A DNA stretch of 63,359 nucleotides, counting the filler, from Choristocarpus tenellus KU-1152 (Eukaryota; Protista; Phaeophyceae), in NCBI GenBank assembly GCA_964200185.2. It is 9 parts of 9 records of this genome, joined end to end, with 100 filler letters (N's around TTAATTAATTAA, not from the genome) between each part and the next. Parts side by side here need not be neighbours in the genome. Positions count along the whole stretch, not along the records: positions 20,493 to 40,030 come from CAXNAD020000460.1; positions 40,131 to 44,572 come from CAXNAD020014540.1; positions 44,673 to 47,299 come from CAXNAD020026159.1; positions 47,400 to 51,594 come from CAXNAD020015750.1; 5 more parts are not named here. One strand, given 5' to 3'. The position numbers and the translations under genes were made by a program. Under the pieces are notes generated by a model, which saw only the letters and a list, made by a program, of their open reading frames with translations, searched no databases and had not been told where the DNA came from. This document shows positions 37,300 to 49,739 of the stretch, piece by piece (the first letter of the stretch is position 1; the number at the start of each line of letters is the position of its first letter).

Positions 37300-39500
37300 C
37301 ACCTAGCAAGTAAAATCTCCCTATTTATTGCCGTCTTTGATATGGTAAGCGGGTTTCCCTTTCCGTCCTTGTTCCCATGGCATTTTTCAAGATCTTTCTT
37401 TGCCCTTCCACGGTACCCAAGGTGTTGGACAATATTGGCTGTTGACTTCAATGTGCCCTTTTGACTTGGCATGATCCCTTGAGTTTGACGTAGAGGAGAC
37501 AGATTGCCATTGAGTTATTTCCGTCCCTTGTTTGCACATGGAAAAAATCCCAGCACGGAGTTATGTGACGCATTACATCCTTCCAGTTCTTTACGAAGTA
37601 CTTAACCATCGATACGCTCTCCATAGCACCTCCAGACGAAGGTCCACCAAATATCAAATTGCCTCAGTCCACATCATGCGGACCATCATCCCCAGCTTCG
37701 TCTATTTAGTTCATAATCCCCTGGGCTAGGGGATTAGGGATGAATCTGCTGTGTCCCTCCGTATGGTATAAAATGTGAAGCGGAAGTGTCAAGGTGAATG
37801 ACAAAATCATACCATTACTGCAAAAGATATCAATGGCTCATATCTGAATGAGAGCAATGACGATATAGGTACTAGACCATGTTGGTAAGGACAAGGATGA
37901 AGTGTACAGAATCAGAAACATGCTTGAAGAGCGAAGATCAGTCCAGAGTGTATCCAGGGCAACTTCAAGACAGTGCGCGCAACTGTAGAAACAAGATGAG
38001 CGCGGACAAACTGGTACAGGAATGGAATGGAACAGGACAGACCTAGCTCAAGCATGACGCTTCAACTGAATCTTCAACTGCATGAGAAAAATGAGAGCAG
38101 CCAAACCCTGACAGCAACGGAACAGGGCAAAGCCGAAGATGGAGATATCTCATCCTAGGTGAACTACCTGGCAAGACCTGTCACAGGTGGTGAAATGCCT
38201 CCTTGCTAGTCACACTTACATGAAGTAGGTTTCCACCTGTTCAGTGTATTTCTGTTCTCTATAGTGAGCAGCTTCTCAAATTCAAGTCCTGGTAGCCTAC
38301 TCCCCATATGAAAACTGTCTAGAACCTTTTCTTCTGTTCCAACGTGCACCAACTGATCCTTACGATACCCTTTGGAGCAAATGGCTGCTACCTGCTGTGT
38401 GTCTCTTGGGAGTGGGAGAAGCGAACTGTTTCGGTTTTGTTGAGCTCCTCCCAATACCCATCCTCAAAATATATCCTCCAATAAGCAGCCTTGGAGTCAA
38501 AAGGTTTCCCAGGGCACCAAATATCCTTCCCTCACTTCTTGACAGAGGTACATATGGTGTTGTAGAGACAGAGCGCATCCCCTTGAGGCAAAGGTTCTTC
38601 TTGGGGATGAAAATAAGCTGGGCGAGGTCTGTTGTGAGGACTGCAGAGGTCCTAGATGGCAAGAAAAACATGTGTCTGGAATGAAGTGAGGCCGCCCATG
38701 GCTTCTGCTTCTGTCTCACAGTTCGACAACTGCTCATTTTTGAACTTTCCTTCGTACTCACAATGCCACATATCACAAATAGATGGGGACACTACTGCCT
38801 GTCTCTCTACCCTACCTGAGTATACATCAGTGTTGCTGACACAGATTATACTGCTAAACCTAAGTCAGATGCCCACACCACTTGGCCAAATGTGCATGAA
38901 AATGATGTATGAGGTTAATACTGCGTATATGATATGGTTCGACTTGAGAGGCATGAATATTGGATTAGCGTGTCTGCCTGCCTTGCAATTCCACTGTCGT
39001 CCTGGTGCTCTCGGGGGAAATTCCTTTTGCTTTCCATAGTCCCATCTTCTCTCGTGAATTAGCTTCTACTATCTTGTTTTCCCATACTTCTTCCCCATGG
39101 ATGGAGCTGTCTGCTTCCTTCACTGGTACAATTTCCCCTGCCTTAAGCCTCTAAGTCTTGGAAAAGACCACGAAATTGTGGTTTTAACCTTGTCCCTCGT
39201 CCCTGGACTTCTGTCTCATAGTGGTCCGCCTTTCCACCACCCCTTGCACCTCACACAAAAAAAGTAGTTCGGGTTAGGGGTTCTGACGGATCTGGAGTGG
39301 TGCATTGCACCCAACAGGTTGGAGACATATCCTCATCCCTTCTATCTGACCACGATACACAAAATTCTGGAAGCATTTCCAAAGTTAATCCACCCACCTT
39401 CTCTACTCTTGCTCCCCCCTGAGTGTATTGGTTCGTCCATAACTAATTGGAACCTTCGGCTAGAGGCAAATGTATCGTATTAAATCTCCCATGACGTGCC
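37300..39500 (-). pseudogene. Degenerate Ty3/gypsy pol remnant (RT thumb, RNase H, integrase zinc-finger-like fragments)
   Basis: AASLHSRHMFFLPSRTSAVLTTDLAQL, VAAICSKGYRKDQL..GLEFEKLLTIENRNTL and WKDVMRHITPCW occur in gypsy order; many stops. Confidence 0.45.
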
Positions 39501-39644
39501 TCCCTGCCTCACTACGAATTGACAAGGGAATCCCAAATGTAAGACACTCTGCAAAAGATGTTTCACTACCCAACTACCTACTTTTGAAATCCCTGTCCTC
39601 TGTCCATCATGATTCGTAGTTGCTTGTTACCCTGAAGTGCTGTG

Positions 39645-39877
39645 TGTTAAAACATAGGCTACTCATCTGTTTGTTCCTTGATACGATACAGTTCCACCAG
39701 TCAACACTGACTGTTGCTTGATCTGTTATGCTCTGGACGTTACTGTGACAAGTTCATCATCACCACATCAATTACCATCAGACACACCGTAGTACAGAAC
39801 AGTCGCTCTGCGTTCTACACGCAAGAATAGTATACGTTACTTGAGTTACATCACATATTGGTTCAAGTTTGTTCTGT
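39645..39877 (-). repeat. LTR-like dispersed repeat, reverse-complement homolog of 49496-49730
   Basis: tgttaaaacataggctactcatctgtttgttccttgata... aligns over ~230 bp. Confidence 0.75.
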
Positions 39878-40130
39878 TGTTCCCTTATTAATGTACCTCT
39901 TCGGAATGAGCTTCGATTTCAAAACAGACTTTTGCGTTGGATTCCTCGGGCAAAATTACATAAGATGAGTTATATTTGAAAACAATATTTATAAATTGTT
40001 CTAAAAATTATGGGAAAAAATCGTTTTGAANNNNNNNNNNNNNNNNNNNNNNNNNNNNNNNNNNNNNNNNNNNNTTAATTAATTAANNNNNNNNNNNNNN
40101 NNNNNNNNNNNNNNNNNNNNNNNNNNNNNN

Positions 40131-40175
40131 CACCCGCGCGTAATCCCCCCCCCCCCCTCCCAGATACTTTGGGTC
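40131..40175. mobile_element. MITE right terminus at contig start
   Basis: ccccccctcccagatactttgggtc; the same motif occurs at 47400-47448 and 59627-59653. Confidence 0.65.
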
Positions 40176-40179
40176 AATC

Positions 40180-40375
40180 AGAACTGGTGGAAGTGACTGA
40201 ACCAATCCGAGCAATGGGAAGAGGTAAGGTGATGGGTTCAGACAATCTTCCAGCTGAGATTCTGAAACTTGGGCCTGAAGGGGGGCGAGAGTATCCTCCA
40301 CAGTCTACGCAAGATTGTATTGCCCAAGACGAAAAAGATGTGCCGCAGGTTTGGAAAGATACGTTCATAGCTGAA
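40180..40375 (+). pseudogene. LINE (non-LTR) ORF2 fragment, just upstream of the RT core
   Basis: IRAMGRGKVMGSDNLPAEILKLG...VPQVWKDTFI matches the Ka.GpD.lpaE.lK...P..Wk.a.I motif. Confidence 0.7.
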
Positions 40376-41362
40376 GAAGACACAATGATGATGACAATAA
40401 GAACGATGACAATAATTACTATCATAATAATAATGAAAATATGAGTAATAATAACAGTAGGACAAATTGCAATAAGAATAACCTTGGAATAACAAAATGA
40501 CAATAATATACCAATAATTATAGTAATAGTAGCACACCAGCAATGGTGTAGCTGCTGCTGCCGCCAAGGCACGAAAGCGTACCCACTATGAGGGCTCCTT
40601 TGATCCTCGTAGTTATAACCTCAACATCTTCACGGTGGAAAGTTTGAACGCCTCGGCAAGCAAGCGGAATGCTTCCTGGATGAGCTGGCTACTCACATGG
40701 TGAGGGGGAATGGAACTGGAGGATTTAGCGGAAAAGGAATAGTCAAATCCCGGCTACACCAAATTGTCTCGGTGACTACGCAAGTGGCACTGTCTAGACG
40801 TGTCATGCGTTTCAAGCTAGATTCACTAGAGAGATAGGCACGGAGGGGTTTATATCATAGTAGCACAAATAGTAATAATAATGACGATGAAGGAGTAACA
40901 AAAATAACGGCAATAGTAATAATAATAGTGAGGATAGTTGAGACAGATGATATCACCACCTCTCCCAGTGGGCACAGTCAAGTAGTGTTAACTGTGTGAC
41001 CTGTAACTGTAGGTCAACACCCTGTATTGACCTAGTTCGTTCTTTAATCAGTTTTCTCCCTCAGCTGCATTGGAGGTGACTAGAAATAAGTGGTGAAGAT
41101 TGGCTGCGCTTGTTGGTCGCTGAATAAGTGGAGTTGGTTGTTGGGGGTGGCGACAGGAGATGCGAATTTGACCGCATAGTTTGTGGGGTAATCAGGATAG
41201 TGTGGGGAGGGAAGGAAGAAGTGGTGTCATGGTAGTGGAGGAGGGGGAGAGTGGATAGAATGCTAAGGCGAGGCTAGTGCATGAATCCAGAATTCGTGAG
41301 CAAAGCAAAACAGCAATAATGAGGTAAGGTACACAGTAAAGATGTGTAGATGTAGGTGCAGG

Positions 41363-43490
41363 GGGTGTACCTATATAAAAGAGGGTAGGGGCAAGCAAAA
41401 AACCCCTCTTATATCCCGATCCTCTCTTATTTATATAAGAGCGCGTTTCTCTTAAACCGGGGGATCCTGATAAGAGAAACTACGTTATATCAAACAACAG
41501 TCATCTTAGGCACTTTATACTTGTCCCTGAACGATTACAGAGTGATGCACTTGCTGTATGTGCTTCCCATGTCCCTTTAGGACTAGTTACATGTAGATGT
41601 GTATTGAAAATTGCCCTCGGTGAGCCCATTTCGATGAAGTTGTGGTGGTGCAGCAAGCACCACATCTACACCACCCCTGTACAGGATATCAGTGTCATAT
41701 GTATACAGCACTGTAACTTGGGTAAATTACACTCATTACGATGTATTTATACTCATACGTATAATACACCTTCCTCCCAAGAAAAGAATCTGCAAGCCAT
41801 TGGATGTCTGGACAGACGACTCGCAGTTCAAATCAAATCAACGTTCAAAGCCAATCTCCATCCGATGCCCTGCACTACGTAATCAATTGCACTCTACAAC
41901 GACGCTATACACTACGATATCAAAAACACCACCATGGATCAAATGTGGCTACACCGCCATGGACCCCCCATCGCACACGCACTGAGTAAAACAACTTATT
42001 CGCTGATACAAAAATCAAGACTACCAAAAAAATCGGGGATGTCCGCTTGTTTGATCGCCCTTGCCCCGATTGCGCTGATCAAAAAGCCAGCCTTGCTTTC
42101 TGGAGATAGTACGAAACATCAGTCATGCTCGCCAGCTACTTGAGAATATGGCGGTGGGGAATTGAGAACACTGAAGAGACTCCTCCTTTCCTCACGGCCC
42201 CCGATGCGCTGCTCCCTCCCATAAACCCATCATCATCCTCGTCACCCAAGCTTTCACTGTCTGACTGTACAAGGATCCCTCGAGAAGCTGGTCTTTCATG
42301 TCCTCTAGTATCGCATTGGACACTTCATCATTGTCTTCCACACCAATCCACGCTTTCGCTGTGACGTCGATGAAAGCCTGAGACGGTTTTCCACCGGGTT
42401 TAAAGTGCAGACCGTCAAGAGCATCGGAGAGGTCCTCATTAATATATAGGGACACCTTGTGGGACGTACCCTCTACGAGCAAAATGGCCACCGGTGATAC
42501 TACAGTACATAGTACAGACATTACAGTACGACAGAAACGCGCGCAAAATTTCAAAAAATTCAGCCATCCTCATCGGCAGACAGTACTGAAAGACAATTCA
42601 ATCACGATCAACAATCAACTTACTTTCAGAATTTCAATTCACGCACTGACGCACCTCGACATGTTTGGCACCCCTCATAGACCTGGCGTCAGGCTTCAGC
42701 ATCTGCACTTTCTCCATGTTGGTTTTTGCCTCCTTCGATATGTAGAGGGTGCTCTGAACGATTCCAAACTTTCGAGCAACTGCAGTTCCCGTCATGGTCT
42801 TCAGGAGTGTCAACGCTTCCACCTTCTCTGCAAAGCTCAAGCGTTTACAATTGTCGACACCACGAGGCTTGTAGGGCAAATCTGTCTCCGTAGATTTATT
42901 TGGCAGCACCTTCACATTGCCCTTGTTCTTCTTATCGTGGTGTTTTGACGTCGTGTTGTCACCGTCTCGAGGTTGATGGGATCTCATGCACAATTTCCAC
43001 AGGCGTTTCATTTCGCTGGCCCCAAAAGAGTCCACGACGCTGTAAATGCTATGAAGATAGCCGCTACAAACGCGACTCTTACGACATGTATAGTGTGGCG
43101 GACCAGGAGTATTACCCTGTATGTTGCAGCTGGATCCTGCTGCACATGGCATCATTACATCCGTACAATGCAGTCGTCTTAACTTGATATGATATACTGT
43201 ATGCACAGTACTGTACAGTACTGAGATGTAAAAGACTGCTATGCTGTGTCCTGCTCGTCTCGAGCAGGTTTGTGCCTTACGTCGTTATATCTTGGTTGAC
43301 TTTAGACTTGGCTTTTTGGGAAACACATCAGTCAAGTAGTAAAAAAAATGCGAGTTTGCTCGATATAAGAGAGAATTGGGAGGAAAACGGCGAAACCTCT
43401 CTTATGTCTCGAAAGTAATGACAGGGGAATTTACCCTCTCTTGTATCCCGCTTTCTCTTATATCGAACCTCTCATTGTATAGGTACACCC
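41363..43490 (-). mobile_element. pogo/Tigger-like element, deletion derivative (Cys/His module, HTH_psq, C-terminal tail; no DDE core seen)
   Basis: ORF 42634-43206 contains KRLSFAEKVEALTLLKTMTGTAVARKFGIVQSTLY (psq/CENP-B N-type HTH). The tail reads WIGVEDNDEV...PPPYSQV..VSYYLQKARLA..KQADI. Inverted termini gggtgtacctata-yaawgagrggt. Confidence 0.7.
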
Positions 43491-43501
43491 ACAGTATCGT
43501 A

Positions 43502-44572
43502 TTACAGTAAGGGTCCCACTTTAGTGCGGTGTAGTGACAAGAAGCATTTACCGCACTATTGTGGGACCCCGCACTATTCATTAACGTTCCTGAATAGTGC
43601 ACCGCACTATTCGAGGAAATCATCTACATACGCGCGTATTCAGAGTAATGACACACCGTAAACACATACCTGGTACTGTAGCATCACCTACCGCACAAAA
43701 ACAACGTGTGTGACCTCGTGGATAATATGGAGTGTGATGAGAGGACGGTCGCGGCTGCTTGTTTCGGGTACTGTACTGCTGTATGAAGCTGTCACTGCTG
43801 TGTTTATCGCAGCGCATTCCGCACCATGCACATTGTGTCATATCGCATAGACAGCGGTACTGGGCAATGTACAGCACTGTATCCAGAAAAGGAATAACCG
43901 CAGTATGGTCCTGCGGTAGTGTTGTTGTATCTCACGCATATCATTGCAACACACGATACTTTTCAGAGTACGGCTCATGCTCAGAGCCCTGATCACGATC
44001 CATTCATACTGTACTCGTATCACCGCACACCACACTCAAAATCCACCACGCGTCAGAGCGCAGAGCAGGAGGACTGACTGCCCGTGCCCGAGCCTACTCG
44101 TCGCTTCTACACCGAACCATAACCGAACAGGAACACCAGCGATACACCTGAAAATCAAGACAAATTACAGCTGGAACTAAGACACTGAACCACTACCACC
44201 TCGCTCTCCACTACATTTCCCTCTCTGGTAGGCTCGCAAAGGCTCTAATGTCTGTCTGTTGTACAGGCTTAGAGACATGCGCGTTAATCGTTGCCATCCT
44301 GGCCTTCTGTAGGTGGAAAGCGGCCTCCTACATGCCACATTTCTCGGCGATGGTCTTCAAGTGATGGAGGTGGAAAGAAAGTTCCGAATAAGGCGGAGGC
44401 ACCTCAACTTCGCGTCTCCCGGAGTCATCTTCCCTGTCCTCTTTTTCATCGTCGGACACGTTTTCGGGTACCTCTTGCGTGTACATGTTTAAATACTCTG
44501 TAACCTCTTCCACCCCGTCGAGCTCCAGAGCCTCCACGACATCCTCCTGGTCTTCTACCGTTCGCCACTCGT
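43502..44572 (-). mobile_element. 3' end of a second pogo-like element
   Basis: EWRTVEDQEDVVEAL...PPPYSELSFHLHHLKTIAEKCGM*EAAFHLQKARMA; terminus TA-CAGTAAGGGTCCCACTTTAGTGCGG with ccgcactatt subterminal repeats. Confidence 0.65.
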
Positions 44573-44698
44573 NNNNNNNNNNNNNNNNNNNNNNNNNNNN
44601 NNNNNNNNNNNNNNNNTTAATTAATTAANNNNNNNNNNNNNNNNNNNNNNNNNNNNNNNNNNNNNNNNNNNNCGGCACTGGGAAAAATACAGAAGTGT

Positions 44699-47212
44699 TC
44701 ACCTCCTTCCCCTCCCTCCCCCCCTGCCCCCTCCCCTCCCCCCCCCGCCTCTCCTACCTCCACCCCCACCCATACGCTGTCTCTTGAAGCTCCTGACCAC
44801 TGCCTCGGAGTCTTCCCCACCCCCCCCTTCCCTTCGCCTGCCACCCTTCCTGTTTACCCAGTAGTGGACACAGAGCCGGAGAACAAAAGGCATTTACATG
44901 GTTCAGAGCACATGGGAGAGGGGCTAAGGAAATGAGCACAAGATTGAGATGCACACATTATCTCCAGTTTTAAAAAATCAGGAATCCTTTACCTTGCAAG
45001 TACCAGTAGTAGCAATCCTAACTTCCAAAAAATATCACACTTCCAAATGGCATAACACACACCAGAGCACTCATCAGAACCGATACGCCTAGTACATGAA
45101 CAAGGAGAGCCTGTCAAAGTCCACGGACTATAGACTCAGATACACACTCTCAACTGCAGACCTGTGAGCATCAAACAACAACAGGACGGTGTAGCCATTT
45201 ATTTTCCTGGCTAAGCCCCCACTGTTATTCTCTCAGTAGTATATGCAAGAAACACCTCTGCCATAATGATGCACCAAAGCACATGCCTGCAAAGGTGGTC
45301 AGCGTAATCTACATTTGTGGAGTGAAATGTCAAGGGGCACATACAATCAAATAGAGGCACCACAAGGTCAGGGGTACACCCTATCCAACGCTTCCACCAC
45401 GTATTGACAAAAGCATTGGCTACAGGGCTGGTGCATGAATCTCAATGGGTTGATCCCCTGGCATCAGAGCCCATGCGGATTAAGAGCACGACAGAAGCAG
45501 CTCTCTGCAGTACAATCTCCAAAAGTTGGGGTGTAACTGTCAACAGTGCCATGTCCGATTGTAATCCCGCATTACACGAACACGTGCCATACTTAGTAAA
45601 ATCATATGTAGACAGCGCACTCACAAAGCAAAGGATGTTGGATCATCCCTGACCAGGTGTGGCCACCCAAATCATCTATGCATCACCATACTTCAAACTC
45701 CTGCTCGGAGGGCTGAAGGTCTCCAGCTCTTCAACGGCGTTACATCCACTCCAAACGCCTACCAATAATATAGCACAACTGTGCTGCAGCAATTCCATGG
45801 ATTCAATATCATTACATAATCCAACTTTGCTTCACCCACACGTGTCCTCTACCACTGCCAAAGAGCCCCCTTTCTCCCCACCCACAAACCTGTTCATATC
45901 CGCCTCTCTGAGCTCTCTAGTTGCCATGCGCTGTGCCTCCCCAACCCGTTCCAGCAGGACCAAAACGGTCTCCTCATCACATTCATATGCAGGCAACTTC
46001 TGCCCTATCAGAGCCTCCATGCGCTGGAAGACCTCGACATCATACTGCCAATCCAATGTGGGGGACAGGTCACCCGTGTGTAAAGGGGAATAGGGGGGAG
46101 GGGGCGGGGGAGGTGATGAGCTCTCATGTCGATACTAGTAACAGCATACTACAAAAATAAAAATATGCAATTTTGAACGTACTGTTGCAGTCCTGTAGCA
46201 TCGATCGAGGTCACTGTACTGAAAGGCTGCCTGGTGTCTGGTCTAGAAAGACAATGCATCAGAAGTGCTCCGTGCTCGAGCAAAGAGAGTTCAGTTCAAG
46301 TCTACCCACAAGAATTTCATTCTCCACCTTGTCAAAGTTTGCATCTGAAAACACAGCAGAAAGCATCCAGGTAACTACTTCAAATACATTGTCGACAACA
46401 TCTCCAAGGACACAGGATACATTGGCACTCCGAATACGGTACTCTCTTCTCAGTGACTAGCAATCAATCAAACCTTCCAAAAAGTGAGTAAACTAAACCA
46501 TCATCAATAACAGCACTGACCTCAGCATTAGATACTCAACAATCTACCTATAGGTCTTGTCTATTATCTGTCCTGGAAGAGGTCGTATCTAATTTCGTCT
46601 TAACGTGGCTCAAAAACAAGCTTGCTCTGGAGTAAGCATGAACAGTCAATATCATCACTCTGTGAGGGTAGGGGGGGGAGTTAGTGTGCGCATCTTAGAT
46701 TCAGCAAATAAACAATAAAATATAGCACTATGTAGTCCATAGTTATCCACAAGTACACTCTCGAAAAAGTCAAGTTTCACACCCACATGCAGACACTTCA
46801 AGCTCCTAGAAAGTGCACACACCTACACACTCAGAGAGCATGTGATCGAGACCATACCAAATCTTGACAAGTGTGCAATGATAGAATACCACCACAAATC
46901 CCATGCACCAAACCATACTCTACATGCAGCACAACCTCATAGAAAAAGAATAAATCCAACACTACAACAGCAAGCAACTTGTATACACCTACCAAGGTAC
47001 CATTGTTTTTCTGAATTCTCACTGCCCATCACTTGCAAGCTTTAACACCTCCTCCATCTTGCCCCCACACCACCAAACCTCATTTTCTAGTTTCTCACCT
47101 GAGTGACCACAGCTATTGACCGCCCAGCCCTCCCCGCCCTTGCTGTTCGCCCCACCCTGTGAATGTAGTCCTTGCCGTGGCTGGGTATGTCAAAGTTAAT
47201 CACAAGATCCAC
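44699..47212 (-). CDS. DDX47: DEAD-box RNA helicase DDX47/RRP3, last three exons (5'-partial)
   Basis: Exons 47099-47212, 45890-46044 and 44699-44849 give [58 protein letters not shown]...[13 protein letters not shown] (motif VI plus the Rrp3-type tail), ending in a G/R-rich C-terminus. Confidence 0.93.
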
Positions 47213-47499
47213 CTAAAACATCATTTACAAAGGCGAGGGGGGGGGAGGAGGGGGAGGGGGAGGGGGAGGGGGGGATGATGGACATTGGTCATCAGATGGN
47301 NNNNNNNNNNNNNNNNNNNNNNNNNNNNNNNNNNNNNNNNNNNTTAATTAATTAANNNNNNNNNNNNNNNNNNNNNNNNNNNNNNNNNNNNNNNNNNNNC
47401 AAATGGACACCCTGGTGTAGACCCCCCCCCTCCCAGATACTTTAGGTCATCAAACTATTACTACTCTACCACATCCATTTCTAAGGGAAACCTGAGGTT

Positions 47500-48930
47500 G
47501 AAAGTAATCTTCTGCAGTTACGGAACCGCATTTAATCTTAATGCCAACACTTCCACCCACTTCTCGTAGGCTTCATACCCACACTGATAGACCCACAGAG
47601 AGACCTCTAAAACTGTATCGAGAGAAGCAACTACACAGCTAGACATGGTGCGTCCACCCGTTTCCAGCATATACTATTATGCATCTTACCCAGGAATACG
47701 CTGCAACATGATTTCTGAACAGAGCTCTAATATCACACCCCATTGCCATCACATGTCCCTTCGATCTCTTCTAAGTGGAAGAGGAACAAAAATGACATGT
47801 ATAAAAGACCTTGAAAACTTTATTAGGGTTTTCATATAGTGTGTAAATCCTGATCCCAGCTTGCAAGTCGAAGATATATAAACCTAGGTAGCCACTGCAT
47901 CACTGAAACGATCAACTCTCAGTCGCATGAGATATCATGACTCCATGCTGTCCATAAATGCCTGGCGTTTCGATTTGGCATCCTTCACAATGGGTGAACC
48001 ATGGCCCGATATTATAGTTGTGTACGGCAGGGCTTAAATCTTCTCCATGGTTGCCTGAACACACCCAAGCGTTGAGCAAAGGTGAGCACTGTATTACTAA
48101 CATGAGGAACAGGTGATGATGGACAGATTTTTCATCAAATAGTTGTACTTTTTTATGCTGTATTTGTCTCTGAGTACAATCTGCCTGTGATCTAAACTGT
48201 TGAACACACCAAGAGGAGAATGACAGACGAAGGGTTAAGAGCTGTACACGTGTAGGATCCTGAACCACCTTAAAAATAACCAGATCTCTTGACCCGATGC
48301 CTTTCGTTGAGGAGATCATGCTCGAAATACCTCTTTTTGACCATGACCAAGTCTAAAAGTCCATTTCAACATTTTACAAGCAATACAAATCCTGTTGTGT
48401 CTTTTTTTTCAAATCGCATTATTATTAGGTGTGAATGATCAACAAGGAACAAGAGAGAGTTCTTCCGCAACCCAAAATACCAACGAAATGTAACGGAACT
48501 GCAGGATACCCAGCAACTGCTCAAGGGTGTCACAGCCGGGAGGTAAACAACATGGATTTTGACACTCCATATCGCTGCTCTGCTCTTAGCCTATAGATCA
48601 AGGATTGATAGGTACCAGGATAGGTGATAAGGATCCCTCACTACTGTTCTACATTAAAAAAGGAAATGACTGGGCGTACTCGAGATCAGCACTCTGTACC
48701 TTTATTGATGAGTACGATTTCCCTTCAGTAAAACTCTTGATGTAGAGAGGTGGTGTTACGACTTGACCCTCAAATCCGAGCCGACGCATAATCCATTTTG
48801 AAAACCTGTGCACGAGTCACAAGTAGCAAAATGTCTAAGTAACCTAATCCCCAACGTGATTTGTTGCTTATTGGTATTTGAAGAGTCCAGGTTGAAGGAG
48901 TACCATGGGACCATGAAGAGTTTGCATTGT
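47500..48930 (-). pseudogene. Degenerate LTR-retrotransposon integrase-like remnant (gypsy-like)
   Basis: Fragment WTLQIP..SRWGLGYLDILLLVTRAQVFK resembles integrase G..YiLlvvD..sKf; broken by stops. Confidence 0.3.
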
Positions 48931-49195
48931 TATCAACTGTATAATAATAGACTCGCAAAATATTGAAGAGTACTATGTACAGGTAAAACCAAAATACTCT
49001 AGTGTCAAATAATACAGAAGGGAACAAAAAGAAGTGTAAATAGTAGTGACAAATATAAAAAAAACATACAAGATATTTGATGGAAAAGGACAATTCGAAG
49101 TACAAATACTCACCCCCCAAACTTGAGATCGGAAATCTTTTCGTCAGGTGGAAAGTCAATTTGTTGGATGAAGTCACAACTTATGAGGACGCCCT

Positions 49196-49730
49196 TGTCA
49201 CTGAAGAACAGCATGCATTCCAGCAGAGTGATACCTTCTAGCGTTTTCTGAGTAGATAGTCAGAAGAAAGGGTATAAAGAGGTAGTTTTGTTTAGCCATT
49301 GTACTTCAGAACAATAACAATGAATACTGACTGGGGTGAGGTGTTGACAAAGACCATACAAGGTCTTTGTTTGAGTACTAATTTTTGTTGAGGGATCAAT
49401 GACAGTCACGAAAGAAATATCAATCAACCATCAACGTAAACTGTCATATTCTGCTGATAAGAAAGAGTGAAAGAATAACAAACAAGAGAACAAGAGAACA
49501 AAATTGAACCAGTATGTGATGCAACTCAAGTGACATATACTATACTATACTATTTGTGTGGAACGCAGAGTTACTGTTCTGCACTAAGGTGTTCTGATTG
49601 TAGTTGATATGGTGATGACGAACTAGTGAAAGTAACATCTAGAACGTAACAGACCAATCAACAGTCAATGTTGACTGGTGGCACTGTATCCTATCAAGGA
49701 ACAAACAGATGAGTAGCCTATGTTTTAACA
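49196..49730 (+). mobile_element. Putative solo LTR (TGTCA...TAACA)
   Basis: TG...CA ends; the 3' half is homologous to 39645-39877. No matching TSD, so the left boundary is uncertain. Confidence 0.45.
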
Positions 49731-49739
49731 GGGTCAGGG

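Larger units (their letters stand above)
36839..40030. mobile_element. Putative LTR element: direct repeats 36839-37225 and 39878->40030 (cut by gap)
   Basis: 153 bp shared with 2 mismatches. The first copy runs TGTTC...GAGCA, has AATAAA near its end and is followed by TGG. Confidence 0.6.

Noticed and set aside
36767-40175. One MITE spanning the LTR element and the gap
   Set aside because: The flanks (TTTT vs AATC) do not form a TSD, and adjacency across the linker is unproven.
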